NCBI RefSeq assembly: GCF_964204645.1
Contig: NC_134035.1
Location: 3,844,001-3,908,000 of the forward strand
Direction of reading: 5' to 3'
DNA: 64,000 bases
Source of the DNA: Tubulanus polymorphus
Taxonomy: Eukaryota; Animalia; Nemertea
Shown: piece by piece, positions 39,065 through 52,645 of the stretch
Layout of the letters: every line of letters starts with the position of its first letter
Position numbering within the stretch: position 1 is the first letter of the stretch
The notes under the pieces: model-generated
Seen by the model: only the letters and a program-made list of their open reading frames with translations
Told to the model about the DNA's origin: nothing
Database searches by the model: none
Program-made: the position numbers and the translations under genes

Positions 39065-39526
39065 CAAAATATTTTTCATATCCTTCATTCGTGTTCATGT
39101 ATTTAGGAAATCTTTAGTTTTTAGTTTTTCTGATGATGAAGTTTATAGTCTGAAATTCGAAACTGTCTAAACTAAATTGTTTAATCATCAACAGTGGGTT
39201 TTGCTCCTTAACGAAATACATAGATCAATATCAGGGCCCAGGTTTCATGGTTGTGAGTTTGAGTTAAAACTCTTCAAGAGTTAAAATCAGTTCATTTTCC
39301 ATGTTTTAATGCTATAGTTGGTTTTAACTCAGAATTGTGGAACTAGGTCCAGTCTACCGGTCATCATATTTTACCTACCGGTAGATCTTTGATTAGGTGT
39401 ACCGTGAATGATATCTGAATTAGATCAAAATCTGAATCAAACTCTGAATTAAGCGGGTTTGACCACTTTTCTCTAGTCATCTTTGCCGACAGTTTCACAT
39501 CTTATTTCGATATGTCTATTTTTTAG

Positions 39527-39581
39527 AATCCGTACGAAAGTTTCATGCGTAGACATTTGCAGCATTATGGATACTATACGG
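39527..39581 (+). CDS. AGBL2: AGBL2-like exon, [18 protein letters not shown]
   Basis: resembles the PYExFMxRHLQxYGY N-terminal motif of vertebrate AGBL2; ttttag acceptor, gtaagt donor. Confidence 0.85.
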
Positions 39582-39595
39582 GTAAGTATCCTGAA

Positions 39596-39730
<135 letters not shown>

Positions 39731-42676
39731 CATGTTCATATTGTGTACAGCTCTCAAACAGCATCCTTCCAAACTTTTCATGAAAAACGAAGGGTTTTTT
39801 GTTTTATACCAAATCGACGAAAGAATCGGACTGATTTTAGAGTTCAACTCTTTTTCGTTTGAACAGGGCCCGTTATAAAGCTAAAAACGAAATGTCGTAA
39901 AACCGTCAGGTTTGGAATTCTTTAAGAAATGGTTTTTCGACAGCATAAGATTTATCGAGCGTACACGAGAGAAATGAATGGGGTTTTTTTCTCGGGTATA
40001 TATTTGAAGTATTTACTCATTATCCGCGTCGCGTTTACGGAGTAAATCAAATCCGCTTCGATCTAAAATTCCGGTTTATTTGTTCGCTTTCTTCATTAAC
40101 TCGCCGTCGTCGTAGCCAGGAACGCGACTAACACGAGACATTTGATCCCTCGATTTTGAAAAATAGACGTAAACGACGTGACCTACCGCGACACACAACG
40201 TTTTGCAGGTATTTTTTTTACCGTATGTCATTGAATATCCGTAGTCAATGTCACCGAAAAAAGAACGCGAGAAAGAAAAAGAACATTCGCCGAACTCGCC
40301 GAGAAAAAAATTATCGGAAAGAATTTTCGGGATCGTAGACTTTCGATTTCCCCGATTCCCTGATACAAATCTACGCACACCTTTCCCGCAATCTCAACTT
40401 TAGGGAATGATTTTCTGGGATCAGTGACTTGGAATTAGTTTTCGGACAATTGGTAATACCTTTGAAAACCCACTGTACACAAATCTAAAAGATTAATATA
40501 GGCCTATGGTCGTGATATAACTTTCCCAGACTTTCCCTCGTGCTCATTGTATGGATCGGTTTTAATTTTCAGCTTTTCGGTCCATCATTTCCGCGAACTT
40601 TCCGTCGCAATATCGACAATCGCGATACAAAAAACCACGCGACCGAGTCTTTTACCACGAACGTGAAATATCTATATTTTTCGATTCAGTGATTATCCGT
40701 TACGCCGCGGTACTAAATACCTGTTTACGTTTTTTTTACGGTTGAAAATCTATTTACTTTTCATAGGAGATTTCGTGAACTTAATCGGAATAACATATTA
40801 TAGGTGTCTTAGAGCCTAAACAATAAAACACATCGACAAAGACTGTGTAGATATATGTATGTATATATATGTATATCTCCCTATTACGGCGTGCTTGACT
40901 AATAGCCCTATAAGCTATGGAACTCCCGCATAATTGCTTTCTTTCGGAGCGAAAATCTCTTAAGAGCGCGTACTTAAGATTTACCGCTGTTTTGAATTTA
41001 ATCGATTTTAAATCTTGTCACACGGCGTACGAACCTACGTTACGGCGCCGGCAATAAAACCCGACGTTTAATTACTTATTCGCGTTCAAGATTTATTTCG
41101 TTTAATCCTCGAACGACCGGTGTGTTCTTTAAGTGCTTTTCTCTCTCCGAAGTAAGAGAAAGAGAGCTCTTTCTTTAGAAATACGCGGTCTTTAGTTAAA
41201 AGAAGTTTTAGATATTTATTTACACTTCGCTGGACATCGGGGTAGGCCTATATATTAGAGGCTATTAATACGGTGATAACACCTATAATATATCGGGATC
41301 TCTTTCTTTCTGTGCGCGAGCATTTTCTCTTGAGTCTTCAGAAGTGTTCTTATCACGTTCATTTTAACGGGGAGTAGTTCGTTTTTCGACGTCGACACCG
41401 CCTGCCGCGGGTGTCAAAATAACGAGCGATTAAATTATTCAATTATTCGTTACCGTAATTTGCGTACGTATTATTATCGTAATCGTATCGTCGTTGAACC
41501 TGTTTTTCGCCGCGTATTTACTCGACTAGGACGAACGAATATTCTTCGAAAATCACTTCGAATCGCAAATCGGAATTTAATTGGATTTCTCCGGCTTGAT
41601 TTACGTTCAGTCGCTGAAAAGATCTAGTGGTCGTATTAAGTCGCGTCTCGGTTTTGTTGGGGTTTTTTTTTGTTGTTCTTTACGGTGTGAATTTAAGGCT
41701 TTATTAGACGAGTTCGCATACTCTGTAATAACGTACATTGTCACCTGTTTTTCTCGCGGTTCCCACCAGCACCGAGAAGACCCTGATCGTAAATTTTCAA
41801 AATACGGTCTTTGCGCGATCGAAATACGGACACTCGATTTGTCGAACCGCATTTCGACGCTTGTTTACGAAAAACGAAAGTTACCAAACCGACACTATTC
41901 GTCTTCATCTTGCGAAAGCTGTCATCTAATTTCGCGTGATAGATTTCGATATGAGCGATGTGGCCCTGGCAATTAGATTTGTTCAAAGCAGGTAAGCCGC
42001 TTATGATGCAGCGATCTATTCTTCGCGATGACTGCGGCGATGAATATTTGAAATATCGTCGCGTGGCGCGCGATGCGTCGTTCGTTTCTTAAGTCCGAAC
42101 TTAATGAATCATATATACGCGTCTAATTGTTAAGCTTAATTTGGAAATGATGAGATTATTGAATATTTTGGTCTAAGACCGTCAACTAAAGAGCTACTGG
42201 TATATAAGTAGTGGTGTCTAGGTTTTATAGCAGCACATTAAGGTACTAACTAGTCCTCAGATTGTTATGACGAGTAAAGCATTTCTCTCAAATGTCTAAG
42301 GGTTTAGTTTTATAAGTTACTGTAAGGTCTATGTGATAGAAAATACGCAAGTGTGTTTTTTATCAATACGTGATTCAAAGAAAGATGAATGAATTTTAAC
42401 ATTTTTGAACCTAGAAATTTCTCTGATTCACTCACGGAATTTTGTTTAATTGCATGGAAAAATCAAGGGATTGGTAAATGGGCTGAAAATGGCAACCCTT
42501 GTGTTTGACAACAGATTTTGTAATTTACGTCGGGGAAAATTTCAAAAATCTCCCCAGAAATTCCTGGGAGATAAATTCGGGAACTCAAGGGATTATTTGT
42601 AAATGGGCCGAAAGTGGCCACCGTGTTACGAGGTGTAGGATTTGATTTAGCTATAATATTTGTGTTTTTTTTATAG

Positions 42677-42796
42677 GTCGAAACGAAGGTTATCGACATT
42701 CGCTGCCGTCGTTTGAAGACTGGGAGAAAACTCACGCGTACGACGTCACAGACAGCGAGTCCGATTCCGACGACGCCAACGATAAAGATGATAAAG
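42677..42796 (+). CDS. AGBL2: AGBL2-like exon, (G)RNEGYRHSLPSFEDWEK...DKDDK
   Basis: AG/GT sites, open frame, phase 1/1. Confidence 0.75.
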
Positions 42797-44162
42797 GTAA
42801 CGACCGTAGATAGAGAACTTTTTTCAAGTCTACGAAAGTCTCTTGTTTCGATTAACCGGAGTACGGATATTTTCAGGAAAAAATAAATTTTCAAAAAATT
42901 TCTATCATTATCGTGGGCATTTTAAAGAGAAAGGGGAAAAATAATGTTTTTGGGCCTTTTTTTCAACATAGAATCTTGGAAGGACTACGGAATAAAAGAT
43001 AAAAAAAGGAGCGAAATTTGTGTTGATTTAAATTCCAATGATCGGGGAAACTAAATTTTTTTACGAAACAGGGGATGGAAAATTAGGACGAAAATATGGA
43101 AATAAATTTTTCTTATTTTTTTGGAAAAATTATGATGAAAGTGTGACATGAAAAAAAATGATATTTTGGAAAATTTATGACGAAGAAAAAAAATCGTGGG
43201 TGGTTGATCCATACTCCGCTAGTAATTAAAATAACTACTAGGCTGTATAGGGCGTATAGGGGAATGTGTTCAATCATTTATTACGTTATATTAAAATACC
43301 ACACTGAATAACCTGAATAATATTACACCTGACTTGTAGTGGCAGCGCGGCTATGTTTTTGTCATAATGAATTATTAAACAGAACGGTTTAGTAGTTTAC
43401 GCCCTGCAGTGTTTGAGCTGACCACCGTGACAGGCTTTATTTATAACACATGCGCCTTCCAAACATACCTACATGGGGCCACTGAGGTATTGGGTTTACT
43501 TGTGATAAATAGTGTCAATCAAGAATAACACCTGCGTATGAGAAATCAAGATTTCTTTTGGAAAAGAATTGGCTCCTTATTTGTAGATATAAATGATGAA
43601 TTTTCCCGAAAGGTCAAGCTACTGGTTGTAGCCCAAATCACAAAAAATCGACTTTCGATATCTATAGAATGGCTCCTTATTTCTAGATGTAAATAACTTC
43701 TCCCATTGAAGAGATCAGCCTCTCTCGGCTTAAAGGTTAAGCTACTAGATCAATACGCTTGTCGTCCAATGGCGCATTAAAGAAATCTTCAGATTGGTCT
43801 TTTTAGTCAGATTGTGAGTCCGATTTAGGAACTCTCTACCAGCGGCTTCTATCAGGTTTACAGATTACGCTATTCCGGAATGGGTAGAGCGTATTCTGGT
43901 CTAAACGAACGCGCCAGTAGAGGATTTCGGAATCGGCACCGGACCGATCGAAACCTGCCCTAGATTGGTTTAAACCGGTTTTAGAAGCACCAGTTGCCAG
44001 TGGTTTAGAATTTGACGGGGTCAGAGATAACCGGGTTCCAGGTTAAGTCGAGGAGATAGACAATATCCGTGTTTAGATGAGAGAAATCCGACAATAAACT
44101 CAGCCTAAAGATGTAAAGAATTGTTCTCGAATTATTGATAGTTGTATTCTGTGTATGTTTAG

Positions 44163-44324
44163 CTCGTCGGAGTTACTGGGACGAGTTACAGTGGGACGAG
44201 TTACAGTACGCGTGTAAACTCGGTAGAATACGTCGTCTCAGTAACATCGGCGTCGACGGTCACCGCTGCCGTAACAAACCAAACCCTCCGCCGTATCGCG
44301 ACGATCGCGACGACGACGAACAAG
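44163..44324 (+). CDS. AGBL2: AGBL2-like exon, possibly cassette, (A)RRSYWDELQWDELQY...DDDEQ
   Basis: AG/GT sites, 162 nt, symmetric phase 1. Confidence 0.6.
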
Positions 44325-44409
44325 GTAAAATTAGAATTATCGATATCGCTGAAACAGTTACACGCAATGCTTGGAGAAGATACATGGTGCGCAGATTTGA
44401 AGCGGGATG

Positions 44410-44820
44410 GTATCGCCACGTTCTGCCCTCGCAGGGATTTGAACCTGATGGCATCGCGAGACCCTGCCACATTACAAACCCCTGTCCTAAAAGACCTATC
44501 CTCCCTCAAGCGCCTGCCCTAATAGACCTATCCTCCCTCAAACTCCTGCCCTTATAGACCTATCCTCCCTCGCAGGGATTTGAACCAGATGGCATTGTGT
44601 GACTGCCATGTCCTCCCTCACAGGGATTTGAACTTGATGGCATCATGAGACTGTCACGTCCCTCCCTCACAGGGACCTGAACTTGATGGCATCATGAGAC
44701 TTGGCCACAGTATGAAACCCTTGCCATAGTTGACACATCAGGAAGAATTTGGCAGTCTCATGATGCCATCAGGTTCAAATCAGTGTCAATGGAGGATGGA
44801 GGTCTGTTAGGGCAGGGGTT
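44410..44820. repeat. Composite tandem repeats (about 52-bp and 30-bp units) with an inverted terminal copy
   Basis: CAGGGATTTGAACCTGATGGCATC-like unit x4, GACCTATCCTCCCTC x3, inverted copy 44752-44820; relative at 6127-6180. Confidence 0.75.
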
Positions 44821-46682
44821 AGTTCTGTGTCCAGGTTTGAAACCCTGCAGGATTAATGCACGTGGCAATGAAACGGGATTCTTCAGTTTAGAGAAAAATT
44901 CTCGATTTTATCAGTAGAAAAAATACAATTAGCATTTGTCATAGCATAATGACACAACATTGCATAGGCCCTAACTGTATGTTCGAAATCTCAGCCGATT
45001 CAGATAATCAAATCATTTTACCCGAAATCATATTTTCTCCGCTGCAAGCCGCTTCCAATAACTCTACGGGTGAACGAATAACAGCTTTCGCTGATGTTTT
45101 CTTTGGTTCTAAAAATGGGTTAGTATTTTCTTCAGTAGTTTACGCTATTATTTCCCACAGCTTCCAGTGTGAGAGCGACTTATAAATGCAGTATTAGACA
45201 TTCACGAACATGCACACGCACACACATTGCCGAGTGGATTTTACAACACTTTTCGATTATTACCTGTACTTATATCAGCATTTTACTAATCGTGTAGAAA
45301 AGTTGAAAAATAAAAAATGTTTTGTGGCCATTGGGATGTCACCGACAAGGTTTTTGAGTACCAGGTACAGCGCAGCTAAATCCAACTTTTCGCGATTAGC
45401 CTCTAGACTTAAACTGCGAATATGGGTTATTGAATTAGAATAAAGTCTATCATTAGGGATATATAACAAAGGTTATTAATTAATTTATGGGCTAGAGACT
45501 CTGATGTGAGAAACGTAAATAGATTAAGGCCTCTTTTAATTTCATGGGGTACAGATCATGTCTTCAGGTAAGAAATCAAAGGCCGAACGGGAAAAATCAC
45601 TATCAGAGCGAAAATTGTATTGAATCGAGTTCGAATTGCGAGTAAAATTAGGACGGAAATATCAAGAAAAAATAATTAATTTATTCCGAGTAAAAATTGG
45701 TCGAATAAGTGTAAGGATGTGACGTATGACGGGTATGTTCTACTCGGCGTTTGGAAAATCGGAATTGGAATATTTTTATACGCGGAAGTCGCATTATGGA
45801 GTGTGAGTAATAAAACTGTCTCGACGCGCCGTCGTTGCGTAATCGGCGCGGCCGCAGACGGCAGTTGATTGATTAAGTTTCGTTCCATTAACATCGTTTA
45901 AGCATTTATTAAAAGTGTTGATTTATACAATATCCGTTCGTACGACTGAATGCGGTTCGTAACGTTAATAGCGTCCATTAGCGAGCGCCGATCGAGCCGC
46001 GGTCACTATACGGCATCGTCGCATCGCAGCTTCTGTATCTATATACGTGATGGTTCATGTATGAAAATTATAGGGGTAAGGTACGGCGACGTCCGGCTGT
46101 TGGAAAGTTGCTCGAAAGTTGGTTCAAGTTAAGAGCGTTCAGGATTAACATGCGGTGAACATTGTAGTTTTGACTGGTAGACTGATGTTAATCGCAATAT
46201 TTCAGAGTTAATGATCAAAGCCCGCAGTTGATGATTCAACATTCGATGTTTTTTTAAGTAATTTGCCGAAATCGGAAAACTAATGTGTCATTTTACGTAA
46301 CAACATTTTTTCGTTTCTCTGATGATGAAATTTAGTCAAAACTTCGAAACTGACGGAAAAAATCATCAACTGTCGGTTTTGCTCATTAATGCAGTTGCGA
46401 TTAAGTTATCCGTCAGATTAACGATTATTGAGCAACTTCTGGGCCCTGGACGCAGTTCCACAGACAAGCCCCTGCAGTCTCCGTGGAACTGGGTCCGTTG
46501 AATAAAGGGCAAAGGTCAAAGCTGAAAATGGTTAAATTTTAAGCGTAAAACAAGTGTTGTATTTTTTGTCAAATTCGACACGTTCGACCGAGGTTCCTTC
46601 TACGAAATATGGATCAATTTGGTCGTGCTGATTCTGTATCAGTGATTCGGAGGACTAACTTTATGGCCGGTGTTTATTTCAG

Positions 46683-46750
46683 ATAAAGGATCCCCGGATG
46701 ACTATTTCCGGACTACGCAACTCGTTTACAACTTCCAGGCCGGGCGAATG
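46683..46750 (+). CDS. AGBL2: AGBL2-like exon, (D)KGSPDDYFRTTQLVYNFQAGRM
   Basis: tttcag acceptor, gtaagt donor, phase-consistent. Confidence 0.8.
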
Positions 46751-47201
46751 GTAAGTTCAACACCTTTCATCATTTTGAGATGTCTTCCATCTAATGAGTT
46801 ACTACTGGGGTTCTTGCGGGTTTTAAAAAGTTTTGGCCAATGGAAATTTTTTTCAGGCCCTGGAAAAGCTTGAAGCTTTGTTTATGGCTATGGAAAAGGT
46901 ATAGAAAATCAGAAAATGGTCTCAAAGTAAAGTTTTCCTTCTATTTTGAATTTTAGGCTGTATGCCTAAATGTCTTACTACACATTTGATAACAAACTTT
47001 ATGAAAACACTTCTTCAATTGGCACTTATTTACTTTGAATGCCTACATGGCCTGGTTCTTGGTTGGTGACTTCTTGGTGGGTGTGGAAAATCTGGGTATG
47101 GAAAAGTTATAGAAAATGAAATTGTGAAACCTGCAAGAACCCTGTACCATAATATTAATATTTTTAATAACCTCTTTAAAACAATGTTTTCTAATCTATA
47201 G

Positions 47202-47275
47202 GTGCCTCGATTACGTGAGCCCCGTCAACTCTATGCCATGGCTAAAGATATGGGACCTCAACAGGCCGCTAGGTG
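47202..47275 (+). CDS. AGBL2: AGBL2-like exon, VPRLREPRQLYAMAKDMGPQQAAR(W)
   Basis: LREPR and RWP motifs of the AGBL2/3 N-terminus; splice sites. Confidence 0.88.
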
Positions 47276-48035
47276 GTAAGTTTTCCAATTTCAGCAAATA
47301 ATCTATGAGAAGTTGATTTTCTATGGAAGCTGGCAGTACAAAAACGAAATCAGTTCTAATTCTTCTAGACTAATTCTTCTTTTGTTGATTGATAAACTAT
47401 CGATAAGGTTACTTTATTCCTAATCATGTCTTCCAATCCATAGTATATCCAGCTTTACTTTATTTATGAATATTCTAGATTAATACAGGTTCCCTGTGAC
47501 TCCTTGTTAAACAGGTTCCCTATGACTCCTTGTAATATAGGTTCCCTATGACTCCTTAATTATTCCTTAAAAACTTTTTCTAAATAGTAAATGCTTTTGA
47601 AGGTGCTGGAGACTCCTTTGATTTGAGCAAAATGCTGAAAACTCCTTTAAATCTCTTCTAAAATACCATAACATGGTATATCTGGGACCAGGATTTTTTT
47701 CCCATTTAGGCGGTTACCAAATTCGAAACTGAGTTTGATGTAAAAGTGTGTAAAAGATAAAGATTAAACAGTACCATCTACGAGGAGTCTACTGTAATTA
47801 AGGATATGAAATTGACGCAGACGCTTCCCCAAAAATCGGAGCTTTTCTCTTTTTAAACTCCTTGAAATCTACTTATATCCAGGGTTGACTGATCTGTAGG
47901 GACCCTGTGATAAAACCTCTACTATAAAAAGAAGATTGGAGATTGAAAATTGAAGTGTTTTTGTATGATTCAATTGATGAAATTGTGTGACGATCATCGT
48001 ACGTTGAAATGTCCAGTATTTTGATATCGTTACAG

Positions 48036-48118
48036 GCCGTCCGATATTCAGGTTATGAAACACCGCGTGAAACACATCGAGTACGTTCCTAACGAACGCG
48101 AGCCGTTTTACAAACGCA
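48036..48118 (+). CDS. AGBL2: AGBL2-like exon, PSDIQVMKHRVKHIEYVPNEREPFYKR
   Basis: HIExxPxxxEPFY motif; splice sites in phase. Confidence 0.88.
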
Positions 48119-48745
48119 GTAAGTAGTAGTAGCCGTAGTTACCATAGTTATCCGCGCGATAATAGAAACATAACTGCATCAATCCATCCCTCGTCCGCCG
48201 TCCCCCCACGAGAACGACATGATCGCACAATCGAATTCATTACGATCAATCACTCTACTGTTTCCTGCTTTCTCTCCTTTGTTTTTGCATGTGTGGCATT
48301 AAACGTGCCCCTAGAGCTGAATTAACAACGAAATATGTCAGAAATGAGGGTTTAACGCTAGATGAAATTAAACTAAACATTTACTTAGAATTGACCATGG
48401 CCCAGGTTCTCAAAAAAGTTAAACTCAAATTTCTGGTTCAATTGCTGTATTGGTTACTTCATGTTTTCAGTGAGGACAACAATTCAAACTTAACGGCTTT
48501 TGGCTTACACATTTTTTCATGAAACTGAACCCAGGGGTCAGTTGTGCCAAGCTAGTTAGTTGCTAGTAGTGTTGGAGCTACCGGGTAACCAATGGATAAA
48601 TGCTGTTGGTGACAATTGAAATTGCATTATTAGCACTGAATTTGTCAACCAGTTCACTCAACCAACCCTTGAGCAACTGGTCCCAGATTTATATTTTTAT
48701 CATGATTTCGAGCTTATTTTCGATGTGAATCTCTCTTCTTTTTAG

Positions 48746-48831
48746 CATGTGTGGAAAAGATGCCACTCGTGAAGACCGAAGAAGGCGGTGGTCGCGTCGT
48801 CTATAACTATGAGCCGACATCGGGACCTTTT
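48746..48831 (+). CDS. AGBL2: AGBL2-like exon, CVEKMPLVKTEEGGGRVVYNYEPTSGPF
   Basis: GxVVY motif; splice sites in phase. Confidence 0.85.
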
Positions 48832-48986
48832 GTAAGTAAACAGATTGAAATTCAGGGGCATTTTTTACTATGCACACTTTTCCTTGTTTTGTGTTAAAAA
48901 AGATTTGAAAAAAATGGGTGGATCGGTCAATTTGCCTAATCTAGAATGAGTTTTTACTCTAGAATGAGGTGTTTACTCTAGAATGG

Positions 48987-49440
48987 CAGGGTCCCTTCGA
49001 CTCCTTCATTTCTTAGAAACTCCCTTCTAAACAGAAAATGCTTTGAAAGGTGTTTGAAACTCCTTTGATTTGAGCAAAATACTTGAACCTCCCTAAAAGA
49101 TCCTTCAATTTTGATAAATAGGCAATTAGAAATGTTTGTAGTTGTATGGTAAACTACCCCTAAATCAGTAAAGTTGGGACCAGAATTTCTTTCGTTACCC
49201 AATTAGGCAGTTACCGAATTAGAAACCTAGTTAAGTAGTGTCAAGGATAAAAATCTGCTCACAAAACCACTGAATTAACAGTTTACCAAGATAAACAGTA
49301 CTGATTTAAGAGGAGTCTTCTGTAATTGGGACATAAAAGTGATGCAGCAGCAGATGCTTCCTTGAAATATGAAATTTCCTCTTTTAGATCTCCTTGAAAA
49401 CTCCTTACATTCAGGAATGTCTGATCTGTATGGACTCAGA
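48987..49440. mobile_element. About 450-bp dispersed repeat family (CAGGGTCCCT-type end)
   Basis: homologous segments near 21298-21680, 24560-24952, 30030-30250, 47486-47908, 53666-53880. Confidence 0.6.
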
Positions 49441-49475
49441 ATGTCTGATATTGTTGCTGTTGTTGTTTGTTGTAG

Positions 49476-49609
49476 TTTATCCGATCTCGTGTCGGTGGTT
49501 ATCGCGGTGGTTGCTCCGACGCCGCCGTTAAACTCAATTCCGAGGAGGACACGACGTTGATATTCGAATCGCGATTTGAAAGCGCTAACCTCGCCAAAGC
49601 CGTCCAAGT
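49476..49609 (+). CDS. AGBL2: AGBL2-like exon, FIRSRVGG...TLIFESRFESANLAKAVQ
   Basis: FESRFES(G/A)NL motif of cytosolic carboxypeptidases. Confidence 0.93.
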
Positions 49610-49659
49610 GTAAGTTTCAAATGCATCTAGGTTCAGCGGGTCTGTGGATAAAGTTTGAT

Positions 49660-50425
49660 TTGAAAAGTACAAATCGAAATGAGCAAATTCAAGACCCTAG
49701 AAAACTGCGTACTGGTATCATATGATATTGTATTGTTTTCACAGTCATTGAAGAAGGTCTGTTGGCCTATTATTTGACTGACTCTGGTGTTTCACTTAAG
49801 TTGAAGGAGTATTTCCTAACATCCTTCTTAGCTCTCTGTTTTTGGATCATCGGAGAATGTCCTCTTAGATTTACTCTTTGTTGATCTCGTGATGGGTCCT
49901 AATTTTGTTTAGGCCCCTATACAAATTTCTATTCAGAGTTTACTCAAACTTATCAGCCTGTGGAACTGCATCCAGGGTTTAACTTAACCTAGTCTTTACT
50001 AGCATCACTGGTCAGACAACCACTTTTCAAAAGTAAGCTGATAAAATGTCTAATGTCTGGCGTTTGTAGTTGGATTTCAATTGAAAATATCTCAGGTGAA
50101 GTCCTGAATGAATGTGAAGTGGATGATCAGGGTGGATGTATGAATGTACAAATCGAAACGAGCAAATTCACGACCCTCAAAAACTGTGTTCTGGTAACTA
50201 GGACCTGATGAAAAAATTTCTATTCTGAGTTTACTCAAACTCACAGCCTGTGGAACTGCATCAAGGGTTTATCTTAACCTACCCTTACTGGCCACCAATT
50301 TTCGAAAGTAAGCTGATAAAACGTCTGCTGATGTCTGGCGTTTGTAGTTGGTTTACAATTGAAAATACCTCAGGTGAAGTCCTGAACACAAGTGAAGTGG
50401 ATGATCAGGGTGGATGGATGAATGT
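49660..50425 (+). repeat. Local tandem duplication within an AGBL2 intron
   Basis: GTACAAATCGAAA.GAGCAAATTCA at about 49667 and 50146; 49923-50145 matches 50214-50425. Confidence 0.8.
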
Positions 50426-50509
50426 CTATGGGAAGATAACCCAGGGTGAAAACGCTTAGCCGATACGTTTCATGATCGGTAGCCATTTTATTTTTGTTTC
50501 TTGTTGCAG

Positions 50510-50642
50510 GGATGAATACGACTATGAATTGACGTTGCGTAATGATCTTTATACGAAGAAACACACGCAGTGGTTTTACTTCCGAGTGACGAACACGCGA
50601 GCGAACGTGAAGTATCGATTTAACATAGTTAACTTCATGAAG
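50510..50642 (+). CDS. AGBL2: AGBL2-like exon, [26 protein letters not shown]...VNFMK
   Basis: QWFYF motif of the CCP N-terminal domain. Confidence 0.95.
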
Positions 50643-51028
50643 GTACGACACCGATACGCTGTTAGCATCTTTACAAGCTGCGTTCGCGTGAACAGTTTTT
50701 TACCCGGCACAAATCCGGCCCGTGCCAGTTTAGGCCTGGATCAGCTGTTCGCAGCGGTGCCAAAGCTTGTGCCTGTTAGACCTGGGCCAAACTAGGCCCG
50801 ACCGAAAACTTTGATAAAAAATATTGCACGTGAACGGTTCTGGAAGTGACTTTCGTCACTTGCCCACATCAAATGATCAGATCTTGCGCTCTCTAATTAA
50901 GCATGGGCCAAACTAGACTCTGACCTGGTTCAAATCGTCTCCGCGTGATCATGCCTATGAATATATAAGACACAAATTTTATCATTTATCGCCAGTTTTC
51001 AAGTGAAACGCGTCATGTTGTTTTTTAG

Positions 51029-51150
51029 TCGGATAGTTTATACAACAACGGAATGAAACCGTTGATGTACAGCGAACGACGAGCGATGGACGGTAAAATC
51101 GGTTGGACGCGTTCAGGATCGGATATCAAATATTACCGAAATAATCTCAA
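51029..51150 (+). CDS. AGBL2: AGBL2-like exon, SDSLYNNGMKPLMYSE...IKYYRNNL
   Basis: SLYxxGMxPLxYS and IxYYxN motifs; splice sites. Confidence 0.95.
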
Positions 51151-51572
51151 GTGAGTGAAATTCTAGACCAATGAGTATCACCGGTGCGAATGTCGAAAGC
51201 AATTAAGACAAATCGTAATGTATGTAGTATACCTATAAGGAAAACCCTCAATATTGATGATTGACAACTGAACAATCTGCTACACGGACGATTCAAATAG
51301 ATTACTTCTATCCATTTTCATCTTCAGAGATTTAATCAAAATGTTTCCATTTGACTGATGTTTGAAGGAGAATGTTTTTACCCATCTTTTCATCTTGGGA
51401 CTGCTGTGAATATTTCACAGACTCGAGGCTCATGGTCCTGTTCCACAATCATTGTAACAACATTAATCTTGATGATAGACTTTAGACTGTAGAACTGCGT
51501 ACGACATCTTCAGCTTTAAATATCTCGGTATGAAATTGAATTTCCATTCATATTTCTTTGTTTTCTCTACAG

Positions 51573-51693
51573 ATACTCAACTACAAAGGGAGAGCGTAGT
51601 TACTATTCGCTGAGTTGGACGATGCAACTGCCGTACGATAGCGATACTGTTTACATTGCTCATTGCTTCCCGTATACGTATACAGATCTTCAG
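51573..51693 (+). CDS. AGBL2: AGBL2-like exon, YSTTKGERSYYSLSWT...AHCFPYTYTDLQ
   Basis: PYTY motif of CCPs. Confidence 0.95.
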
Positions 51694-52030
51694 GTATTGG
51701 AAAATTTTAAACCTCTCATAGACGAACAGTTACTATCGCGAGTTGACACCTAATCTTTGGCAGGGTGGCCACTGACCTGGAAAAACTGGGGAACGAGAAA
51801 AATCGAGAAGAAATCTGAGAAAATTGAGGGAATATTTAGCAAAAAAGCCTGGAAAACTCAGGGAATTTAGATAATGCTATTGATCACATGTTTCTTTTAT
51901 CTGTTGGTTATTCAATGAAAAATGGATGTATTGTAACATTTTAAACCTACAAAACTTGGATTTACTTTGGCAATTTTGTGCCACCCGGTTCGATAAACTT
52001 ATCTCTAGACTCTCTCATCCTTTGTTTCAG

Positions 52031-52168
52031 GATTATATTCTCGATATAATGAACGACCCGGTGAAATCGAAGATCTGCAAACAGCGAGTTCTATGTCGTT
52101 CGCTCGCCGGAAATCTAGTCTACGTGCTGACCATCACGTCTCCTTCAAAAAATATTGAAGATGGAAAG
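52031..52168 (+). CDS. AGBL2: AGBL2-like exon, [10 protein letters not shown]...[18 protein letters not shown]...GK
   Basis: LCRSLAGN motif. Confidence 0.95.
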
Positions 52169-52534
52169 GTACGTGCGGCTACATGTGCATTTTATCATAG
52201 AATTCCACAGTCGTATCAGTACTCAAAACCCGACAGTATAGCGTTCCACCGTGAATGGGTTAACAATTTTCAGACTTGCAAGTTTTGAATCTTACTAACT
52301 CCAATTGATAGCAAACACTTCAACAGTCTATTTACAACATTCTTTTGGACCCTGTTCCACCACAGTTGTGAGTTCGTCTAAAACTCTGAAAGAACGCGTA
52401 ACTGTGTCCTGTATATGTTGAGAAAGTTGTTTCCTTGTTTTTGTTAAACACATTTAGATTGAAAACAGAAAGAAAAACACATTATTATCAATGTTGATGT
52501 TTGAACCAATGTTTTCAATGCGTTTTTATTTCAG

Positions 52535-52645
52535 CATAAGAAAGCTATAGTGTTAACAGCGCGGGTTCATCCTGGTGAAACTCAGGCCAGCTGGATGATG
52601 AAAGGCTTCCTCGATTATCTTACCGGAAACTCGGCAGATGCCAAG
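52535..52645 (+). CDS. AGBL2: AGBL2-like exon, [29 protein letters not shown]...AK
   Basis: ARVHPGE zinc-binding HxxE motif of M14 peptidases. Confidence 0.97.

Noticed and set aside
42228-42290. miR-15/16-like TAGCAGCACAT
   Set aside because: Hairpin is weak and GU-rich, and that family is known from chordates; likely chance
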